Below the pieces are notes generated by a model, which worked only from the letters and a program-made list of their open reading frames with translations, ran no database searches and was not told where the DNA came from. This document shows positions 10,314 to 16,956 of a stretch of 64,000 nt of DNA, piece after piece. The stretch's first letter is position 1. Each line of letters opens with the position of its first letter. A program made the translations under genes and the position numbers. The DNA comes from an uncultured Acidimicrobiia bacterium (lineage in GTDB: Bacteria; Actinomycetota; Acidimicrobiia; Spongiisociales; UBA4744), in the NCBI GenBank assembly GCA_964496205.1, contig CAZBXV010000001.1:30680-94679 (forward strand), in the 5' to 3' direction.

Positions 10314-11209
10314 GCTGCCACCTTCTCGGCGGCCCGAAGTCGTGCGCTCCGCGCTCGCGGGTTCCTGGCGATCTCGTCGTCGCCCGGCGCAATTGGCTTG
10401 CGTGTGAGGACCCTGAGTTCGGCGGTCTGGCCACAGCCACACTCGGGAAGGTCGGGTGGGCATACGCAACCGACGGCTCCCTGCGCGAACCGACGCTTCG
10501 TGATCCGGTCCTCGAGCGAGTGGTACGAGATCACGACACACCTGCCGCCCGGCATGAGAGACTCGATCGCCGCGTCCAGGCCTTCCTCGAGTGCCTCGAG
10601 TTCACCGTTGACTGCGATGCGGAGCGCCTGGAATGTCCGTCGGGCCGGGTGACCCCCTGTCCGGCGCGTGGCAGCAGGAATGGCTGCCTTCACGATTTCG
10701 GCGAGCAGCGCCGTGTCGTGAACCGGCCTCGCCGAGATGATGGCTCGTGCAATACGACCGGCGAACCGCTCCTCCCCGTAGCGACGAAGGATCCTCGCGA
10801 GCGATGCCTCGTCCCACTGGTTGACGATTTCATCGGCTGTCAGGCCGGCGTCCGGTCCCATACGCATGTCGAGCGGACCTTCGGTTCGGTACGAGAAGCC
10901 CCGAGCTGCCTCGTCGAGCTGATGCGATGAGACACCGAGGTCGAACAGGACACCGGCGACTTCCTTCGTGCCGGTCTCGTCGAGAACCTGCCGCAATTCA
11001 CGGAAGTTTCGACGATGAACCTCTCCGGTGACGTCGGCATCGCGATCCAGGGCAATGACCCGTCTATCAAGACGCTCGGCGATCGCGCTGGTGTGGCCCC
11101 CACCCCCGTAGGTGGCATCGACGATCGCGCCTGCCGGTACGGGACGAAACAACTCGATCACCTCCTCCACCATCACCGGGTCGTGGTATGTGTCCTGTGT
11201 CTGATCCAT
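10310..11209 (-). CDS. rsmH: 16S rRNA (cytosine1402-N4)-methyltransferase RsmH (MraW).
   Basis: MDQTQDTYHDPVMVEEVIELF...DATYGGGGHT is an RsmH signature. The start is the ATG at 11207-11209. Confidence 0.9.
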   Translation of the reverse strand: MDQTQDTYHDPVMVEEVIELFRPVPAGAIVDATYGGGGHTSAIAERLDRRVIALDRDADVTGEVHRRNFRELRQVLDETGTKEVAGVLFDLGVSSHQLDEAARGFSYRTEGPLDMRMGPDAGLTADEIVNQWDEASLARILRRYGEERFAGRIARAIISARPVHDTALLAEIVKAAIPAATRRTGGHPARRTFQALRIAVNGELEALEEGLDAAIESLMPGGRCVVISYHSLEDRITKRRFAQGAVGCVCPPDLPECGCGQTAELRVLTRKPIAPGDDEIARNPRARSARLRAAEKVAA

Positions 11210-11302
11210 TGCCAGCCCCCCGGGCGCTGGCACCAATGGGAAGCGGGCGGAGTAAGGGGCTTTCCTCATGGTTCCGGGGGGCTGGCAATACACCAGGCTG
11301 GG

Positions 11303-11734
11303 TCACATCCCTTCGATACCGAACTCCTCTCCCATGTTCGCGAGGAACTCATCGTCTTCCGACGAGAGGTTCTCCCAGCTCTCCTGGTTCCAGATTTCGA
11401 TGCGGTCCAGGACGCCGACGACCACCGTGTCCCGTTCGAGGCCGGCGTAGGTGCGGAGATGCTCCGGAATCACGACTCGACCCTGACGGTCTGGGACCTG
11501 TTCCTTCGCACCGGAGAGATAGGCGCGAAGGTAGGCGCGGACCTTCTTATTCGTGCGGGGCAGGCGATTCAGTTTCTCCACCTCTTCTTCCCATCGGGAG
11601 AGAGGGAAGACGTAGAGGCACTTCTCCTGCCCCTTGGTGACGACACAGCCATCGGCGAAGTCATCGCGAACATCGGCGGGCAGCACGATTCGCCCTTTCG
11701 GGTCGACGGTGTGCCGGTACTCACCGAGGAACAC
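11303..11734 (-). CDS. mraZ: Transcriptional regulator MraZ.
   Basis: VFLGEYRHTVDPKGRIVLPA...VIPEHLRTYAGLERD contains the two MraZ repeats. I chose the GTG start at 11734 so the protein begins at the canonical FLGxY. The upstream in-frame ATG at 11803 would put the protein start inside the promoter repeats. Confidence 0.85.
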   Translation of the reverse strand: MFLGEYRHTVDPKGRIVLPADVRDDFADGCVVTKGQEKCLYVFPLSRWEEEVEKLNRLPRTNKKVRAYLRAYLSGAKEQVPDRQGRVVIPEHLRTYAGLERDTVVVGVLDRIEIWNQESWENLSSEDDEFLANMGEEFGIEGM

Positions 11735-11749
11735 GGCTGATTCTCCGAC

Positions 11750-11812
11750 AATTGCATCTACGGTCCTCCACTGCGCGCCACTATGACCCATTCCACACCA
11801 CATGTCAACTCA
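11750..11812 (-). promoter_or_regulatory. Putative mraZ promoter with MraZ-box-like GTGG repeats.
   Basis: The minus strand reads AGTTGACATGTGGTGTGGAATGGGTCATAGTGGCGCGCAGTGGAGGACC. It has a consensus -35 TTGACA, then a CATAGT -10-like hexamer 17 nt downstream. The pentamers TGTGG, TGTGG, AATGG, AGTGG and AGTGG repeat at 5- and 10-bp spacing, resembling the MraZ binding-site arrangement. Confidence 0.4.
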
Positions 11813-11996
11813 TTCGGCCCACTTTCTTCGCGGTTGCTCCCCGAAACGGTCCGAGCGACCCACGTGGCCCGCCAGGCGAGGAATCTGCACGGGTCGACAC
11901 CAGACGTGGCCTGCCGTCCGGCCACATGGCGATCGAGCGTCTCGCCGCTCCGAGCGGTGAGTTGGGCCGAACACCACGCCCACTATTCTCCGCCAC

Positions 11997-12644
11997 ATGT
12001 CGGTTCTCGGGCAGTTCCTCCATCAGCTGATCGGACTCGTCACGATCCTCAATCCGGTGGCGGGCGCAGCGATCATGGTTTCGACCGTGGGAGCAGCGGC
12101 CACGAGAAACGAGATCGGTTCCATCGCGCGCAGGACCGGGATGACCGTGTTCATCGCATCCGTGGTCACCGTCGTGATGGGCCAGATCATCTTCAACTTC
12201 TTCGGCATCAACACCGATTCGATCGAAGCGATCGGCGGGGTCGTCATTCTCAAGATCTCACTCGACATGATCCAAGGAAGCCCAGCCAGCACCAACCATT
12301 CGGCCGAGGAATCAGTGGAGGCTCGGACCAAGGAGGACATCTCGGTCATCCCGCTCGGGATCCCGATCCTGTTCGGGCCCGGCGTGATCGCAACACTGAT
12401 CCTGTTCAAGAACGCTTCAACCTCTGTGTGGCAGATCATCTCCCTTGCCGCCGTGATCACCATTTCATCGGCCACCGTGTGGCTGACCCTCAAGAACGCG
12501 CGGGCGCTTTCCAGCCGTCTTGGTGTCACCGGTGTCAAGATCCTGACGCGCGTCATGGGACTGGTTGTCGGCGCAATCGCTGTTCAATTCATCGTTACCG
12601 GTGCCTACCACCTGTGGATCGCGCTCTCTTCCGGAACGTCCTGA
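11997..12644 (+). CDS. MarC-family (UPF0056) integral membrane protein.
   Basis: The 215-aa multi-TM product has a MarC-like pattern (ILNPVAGAAIM...IPLGIPILFGPG). Confidence 0.7.
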   Translation: MSVLGQFLHQLIGLVTILNPVAGAAIMVSTVGAAATRNEIGSIARRTGMTVFIASVVTVVMGQIIFNFFGINTDSIEAIGGVVILKISLDMIQGSPASTNHSAEESVEARTKEDISVIPLGIPILFGPGVIATLILFKNASTSVWQIISLAAVITISSATVWLTLKNARALSSRLGVTGVKILTRVMGLVVGAIAVQFIVTGAYHLWIALSSGTS

Positions 12645-12680
12645 GCACTAACCTCAACTCAGATCACCATCGGAGTACAG

Positions 12681-13196
12681 ATGCACATCATGATCGCGAC
12701 CGACGGAAGTCTCGACGCCACGTCGACTGCCGAGTTCGCCGGACACCTCGCCCAGCCAGATGACCGTCTGAGCGTCGTCACCGTCGTGGAGATCCCCAGG
12801 TCGCTCCTTTCAAGTCTGCGGGCCTTCTACGAACGCCGGGAGCTGGTACAGGGAACCGGAACCGACGACGAGTACGTCTCTTCCACGAGCGTCACGACCG
12901 TATCTCCCAGCTGGCCGGGCGACGACGCACTCCTCGCGGCATTTGTGAACGAGCAGAAGGCCGACCGAACGCAGCCACTCGTGGACGAATTCGCCAAAAG
13001 AGGGTTTACCGCCACAGCGATCTCCGTCGAGGGCGCAGATCCGACTCGACCGCTTCTCGACTTCATCGAACAGAACGGCGTCGATCTTCTTCTCATCGGA
13101 TCGCGAGGGATGGGCATGTTCGAAGGTCTCTTGGGTTCGACGAGTACCCGACTCGCACGAAGAGCCCCCTGTCCAGTTCTCCTACTCCGGGCATGA
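12681..13196 (+). CDS. Universal stress protein (UspA family).
   Basis: MHIMIATDGSLDA...LLLIGSRGMGMFEGLLGSTSTRLARRAPCPVLLLR is a USP ATP-binding motif. Confidence 0.8.
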   Translation: MHIMIATDGSLDATSTAEFAGHLAQPDDRLSVVTVVEIPRSLLSSLRAFYERRELVQGTGTDDEYVSSTSVTTVSPSWPGDDALLAAFVNEQKADRTQPLVDEFAKRGFTATAISVEGADPTRPLLDFIEQNGVDLLLIGSRGMGMFEGLLGSTSTRLARRAPCPVLLLRA

Positions 13197-13263
13197 ACCA
13201 GTCTCTTCGTGTGCTCCCAGCCTGATCCTTGACACTGGATTGAGCCCTAGCGAGACTCGCCGT

Positions 13264-13749
13264 ATGAGGGTTGCCGGCTACGTGAGAGAGCTGACGGCCG
13301 GCGGGGAGTCGCTTTACGCACAGTCCGAACGCGTTCGCCGCTGGACGGTCGCGCAGGGCTACCAGCTCATCGTCATGTGCCAAGACGCGAGAGATCCTGG
13401 TGGCGCGCCGCGCGGTGAAGGTTTCCGGGCCCTGCTCGAGGTCGCCTCGTCCGGGCACACGGACGCCGTCGTCGTTCCCTCCCTCGAAGTGCTCTCGACC
13501 GACATCCTGACCCAAGAGGTCATTCTTCACGACCTTCGCTCCCGCAACGTGCAGGTCATCAGCACCAGAGAAGAGGACGCCCGCGTTCTCACCGATCCGC
13601 GAATGGATCCAGCTCGGCTGATGGCGAGAGATGTCCTCGCGAGAAGAGACGACTACGAGGAAGAGGGACGTGCTCGGGTGCGGCCCGAGCATGCCTCCGA
13701 CGACGATATTGTCATTCAGCTCGTCGCCGCAGACGGGAACGCTTCCTGA
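13264..13749 (+). CDS. Serine-recombinase (resolvase) catalytic-domain-like protein. It is probably inactive: the catalytic Ser is replaced and there is no HTH domain.
   Basis: MRVAGYVRELTAGGESLYAQSERVRRWTVAQGYQLIVMCQDA...GFRALLEVASSGHTDAVVVPSLEVLSTD...NVQVIST aligns to the resolvase N-terminal consensus (xIGYxRVSTxxQ...SLxxQ...GxxDxLVVxxLDRLSR). The catalytic S is L here, and no C-terminal HTH is present. It uses several rare AGA codons. Confidence 0.55.
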   Translation: MRVAGYVRELTAGGESLYAQSERVRRWTVAQGYQLIVMCQDARDPGGAPRGEGFRALLEVASSGHTDAVVVPSLEVLSTDILTQEVILHDLRSRNVQVISTREEDARVLTDPRMDPARLMARDVLARRDDYEEEGRARVRPEHASDDDIVIQLVAADGNAS

Positions 13750-14487
13750 TCAACGGCCGAGGGCCGACCAGACGGCCGACGCAAACGCGAAGTCGAATCC
13801 GGACCGTATGACTCCGGCACCTGCACGAATGACCCCGTCGCGGTCTTCGAGCACCACCAGCAGGACACCGTCATCCCGTTCGACCGTTTCCAGGAGTCGG
13901 GGCATAGGTCCAGGAGTGTCGAGGATCTCGGCCACCGCCTCTATCAAGGCGGTCTGCCTCGACGTTGTGGTCCGGCCTGCCGAACGCATCACGCTCTTGC
14001 CCCGAGACGACATGACGATGAGCGCCGCGTCTTTCGGGCCTTCGTCCACGATGACCGACTCCAAGAACCCGGGATCCTTGGCCGGTGTCTTCACGTGCCG
14101 ATACCGCTCGGACGGGAATTCCGAAGGAGTCTCCTCCACGGTTGACACGGGCTGGTCACTATCGTCCACCCGTCGATCGCTGTCGGCTTCGTCCGGCTCC
14201 TCGTCCGCCGGGACCTCGCGTGCCGGCTCCGAAGACGCCGCTGCCGAGTCGGGAGGGGGTGGCGGAACATCCGGCTCCAAGCGGATCCGTTCTGGTGCGA
14301 CTCTCGAACGAAGTCCCTCCCGTTCGAGGACGTCACTGACGAGTGAACCTACCTCGAGGCCCTCCGCGCCACGCTCCAGCTCCACCTTCACTCCCACGAT
14401 CGCCGACCCGTTGCGCTCGATCGTCGCCGATGCAACTCCCGGGATACCCTCGATCATCTGCTCGAGGTTCATGATCGCCGACTCCAC
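13750..14487 (-). CDS. Hypothetical protein with a structured N-domain, an acidic Pro-rich linker and a C-domain. The N-domain is possibly Asp23/Gls24-like, but that is very tentative.
   Basis: The 245-aa ORF has host-like codon usage and begins MNLEQMIEGIPGVASATIERNGSAIVGVKVEL. Its middle stretch PPPPPDSAAASSEPAREVPADEEPDEADSD is low-complexity. Its stop directly abuts the convergent stop of the recombinase-like gene (TGATCA). Confidence 0.5.
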   Translation of the reverse strand: MESAIMNLEQMIEGIPGVASATIERNGSAIVGVKVELERGAEGLEVGSLVSDVLEREGLRSRVAPERIRLEPDVPPPPPDSAAASSEPAREVPADEEPDEADSDRRVDDSDQPVSTVEETPSEFPSERYRHVKTPAKDPGFLESVIVDEGPKDAALIVMSSRGKSVMRSAGRTTTSRQTALIEAVAEILDTPGPMPRLLETVERDDGVLLVVLEDRDGVIRAGAGVIRSGFDFAFASAVWSALGR

Positions 14488-14696
14488 TCCAGGAAGGCAA
14501 CCACATCGTCGGGTTCCAGTCGGTGATCGGCCGAACCGTACGCGGTGAAGCGACGGAACTCCAAGTACGAACGATCAGGGATCGGTAGGAACGGGTACCT
14601 GCGCCACCAACCCCGTGGTGTGATCGCCCACGAGGAACGAAGCGCGTGCACCCACAGATCAGGTCTTCGGGCGATTGCCCGGATCACCCCGCCCAT
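14469..14696 (-). CDS. Small hypothetical Trp-rich protein (75 aa).
   Basis: The ORF has a GGAGG 1 nt upstream of the ATG and overlaps the start of the downstream gene by 19 bp. The product is Trp-rich. GC3 is only moderate, so it may not be coding. Confidence 0.3.
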   Translation of the reverse strand: MGGVIRAIARRPDLWVHALRSSWAITPRGWWRRYPFLPIPDRSYLEFRRFTAYGSADHRLEPDDVVAFLEWSRRS

Positions 14697-14818
14697 GCCT
14701 CCTCAGTTCCCAGATCGCCACGGATAATACCCGCCCAAACACTCCTCGTACACACAAATCTGCCTGGGCGGGCAGACGACGAATCCTCCCACCGCTGATA
14801 GGCTGCCCCCTGGAGGAG

Positions 14819-15790
14819 GTGCCATTGACAGATACGTCACGCATTGATCACTTCGCCGACCTGTTCGAGACGATCGTTTCAAACGTGGAACACGTGATCC
14901 AGGGAAAGCGAGAGGTCATCGAACTGGTGGTCATGTCGTTGATGGCTGAAGGTCACGTCTTGATCGAGGACGTCCCCGGTGTCGGGAAGACACTTCTGGC
15001 CAAGTCGCTCGCCCGTTCGCTCGACTGCCGCTTCAACCGTGTTCAGTTCACTCCCGACCTCCTTCCCTCGGACATCACCGGTGTATCGATTTGGGATCGG
15101 GCTGCTTCGAAGTTCGAGTTCAAGCCGGGAGCGATCTTCGCCAACTTCGTCCTCGGAGACGAGATCAACCGTGCGGGCCCCAAGACGCAGGCTGCACTCC
15201 TGGAGGCCATGGAGGAGTTGCAGGTGACCGTCGACGCGCGCACCCGGCAGCTCCCGTCACCCTTCATGGTGATTGCAACACAGAACCCACTCGAGCACGA
15301 GGGCACCTATCCCCTCCCCGAGTCACAGCTCGACCGGTTCATGATGCGCCTGGTCGTCGGCTATCCGATTCACGGCAAGGAAATCGAGATGCTCGAGACA
15401 CATGGACGCCACTCGACCCTCGATTCTCTCGGACCGGTGGCCCGCACCGCGGATGTCCTCGAGCTCGCGGACATCGCCCGCAACCTGCACGTGGCAACCT
15501 CCCTTCAGAGCTACATCGTCACGATCGCAGAAGCGACGAGACGACACGGGGAGATCCTGCTTGGCGCGTCTCCGAGAGCGGCCCTGCATCTCCAACGCGT
15601 AGCACGCGTACGTGCCGCCACGCAGCGGCGCGACTTTGCGACCCCAGACGACATCAAAGCCATCGCCAGGCCGGTGCTCGAGCACAGAATCGTCCTGCGA
15701 CCTGAAGCCCTGATGCGAGGCACAAGCGTCGGAGACGTGATCGACAACGTCCTTCAACATGTTCGTGTCCCCGCCGGGAGAACCGGGTGA
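14819..15790 (+). CDS. MoxR-family AAA+ ATPase.
   Basis: It has a Walker A (DVPGVGKTLLAKSLA), a Walker B (VLGDEINRAGPKTQAALLEAMEE) and the C-terminal MoxR region. The start is GTG or TTG near 14819-14825, after a GGAGG. Confidence 0.85.
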   Translation: MPLTDTSRIDHFADLFETIVSNVEHVIQGKREVIELVVMSLMAEGHVLIEDVPGVGKTLLAKSLARSLDCRFNRVQFTPDLLPSDITGVSIWDRAASKFEFKPGAIFANFVLGDEINRAGPKTQAALLEAMEELQVTVDARTRQLPSPFMVIATQNPLEHEGTYPLPESQLDRFMMRLVVGYPIHGKEIEMLETHGRHSTLDSLGPVARTADVLELADIARNLHVATSLQSYIVTIAEATRRHGEILLGASPRAALHLQRVARVRAATQRRDFATPDDIKAIARPVLEHRIVLRPEALMRGTSVGDVIDNVLQHVRVPAGRTG

Positions 15791-16956
15791 AGCTCACCGA
15801 ATGGGGATGGGCGGCCCTAGGAGCGGCACTGGCGCTCATGGTGCTGTGGGGAGTCCTCGGAGACGCAGAACTCCTCGCCCTCGCCTTCCTCCTGGTCGCC
15901 TCCGTGTTCGTCGCCTGGCTGACGGTAAGGCGGCGGACACCGAACGCGTCCGTTTCGAGGCGTCTGCACCCGGCTTTGGTGAGTGAAGGTGACACTGTCG
16001 CAGTGGAACTGGTCGCGACGGCCGATTCGAAGCCCTTGCGCTACGTCATCATCGAAGATGAGGTGCGACAGCTCGGAAGCGCTCGCTTCCGCGTTCCTGC
16101 CCTGACGCCGGGTGTCTTGTTCTCCGGTGTATACGACGTGACCTGCCACACACGGGGTGTCTACGAGGTGGGGCCAGCGGTGGTCTCGACCACCGACCCG
16201 TTCGGTTTCGTGAAGTCCGGAGAGCCGATGGGCCAAGTCGATCGACTCGTCGTGTATCCGCGGGTCGAGCAGCTGACCGGTCTGCCCATGCTCAGAGGGG
16301 TCGACTCGTCACTCCAGGCGACGAGAGCCGAAACCGTCGCGCGAGGAGGCGACGACTTCTTCAGCCTCAGGGAGTACCAAACCGGCGACGACCTCCGTCG
16401 AGTCCACTGGCCGTCCACGGCGCGCAAGGACCGGTTGATGATCAGGCAGTTCGAGGCTCCATGGGAACCGCGTGCACTCGTGGTCGTGGATCCGAGAAGT
16501 TCCTCGTACGCGACACCCGAAGCGTTCGAGACCGCCGTACGGGGGGCTGCCTCCGCAGTCCATCTCTTCTTCGAGGCGGGCCTCGGGGCCAACTTCTGGG
16601 CAGGGGGCGATCTTTCGGTGATCGATGAGAATCCCTACGAGGCGGCCATGCGGGCGCTGGCTCTCCTCCAGCCGATTCGCCGGTTCGATTTCGGTGCGGC
16701 CGCAGGACGTGTTCGGGTCAAGGGATCCGGGGGGACGCTCGTGATTGTGACCGGTTCGCCTGACGCCCACGTCGGAACGGTCACCACCCACCTGACTCAT
16801 CATGCCGGTGCGGTCGTCCTTCTGTGCGCGAGCCCGCACCCGGTACCCGCAAGCTTCGGCCGAAGCGGAGCAACGATCGTGACGGTGGGCCCCGGGGATC
16901 CGTGGGCTCCCGCGTGGATGAGGGCAATGCCATGGGTAGCCGCTGGAACTGGGTAG
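15787..16956 (+). CDS. DUF58 (vWA-like) protein, partner of the MoxR ATPase.
   Basis: FFSLREYQTGDDLRRVHWPSTARKDRLMIRQFE is the DUF58 signature. The GTG start overlaps the moxR stop as GTGA. It has two N-terminal TM helices. Confidence 0.8.
   Translation: MKLTEWGWAALGAALALMVLWGVLGDAELLALAFLLVASVFVAWLTVRRRTPNASVSRRLHPALVSEGDTVAVELVATADSKPLRYVIIEDEVRQLGSARFRVPALTPGVLFSGVYDVTCHTRGVYEVGPAVVSTTDPFGFVKSGEPMGQVDRLVVYPRVEQLTGLPMLRGVDSSLQATRAETVARGGDDFFSLREYQTGDDLRRVHWPSTARKDRLMIRQFEAPWEPRALVVVDPRSSSYATPEAFETAVRGAASAVHLFFEAGLGANFWAGGDLSVIDENPYEAAMRALALLQPIRRFDFGAAAGRVRVKGSGGTLVIVTGSPDAHVGTVTTHLTHHAGAVVLLCASPHPVPASFGRSGATIVTVGPGDPWAPAWMRAMPWVAAGTG

Noticed and set aside
11734-11803. N-terminal extension of MraZ (MWCGMGHSGAQWRTVDAIVGESA).
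   Set aside because: The extension would be encoded by the phased GTGG repeat array and -10 region. MraZ proteins start at the FLGxY motif, so the GTG at 11734 was chosen.
11783-12763. 326-aa plus-strand ORF and 12023-12556 minus-strand ORF overlapping the MarC gene.
   Set aside because: Their translations are R/H/D-rich with no hydrophobic or structured segments. The MarC frame gives a coherent multi-TM protein.
13093-13692. 199-aa minus-strand ORF antisense to the recombinase-like gene.
   Set aside because: The plus-strand frame shows specific similarity to the resolvase catalytic-domain consensus. The antisense frame has none.
13240-13749. Active mobile element, transposon or integrated phage around the recombinase-like gene.
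   Set aside because: The catalytic serine is replaced, the HTH is missing, there are no flanking inverted or direct repeats, and no transposase, integrase or phage genes are in the neighbourhood.
13631-14548. 305-aa Ser/Thr/Arg-rich plus-strand ORF.
   Set aside because: It is a low-complexity antisense frame of the 13750-14487 gene.
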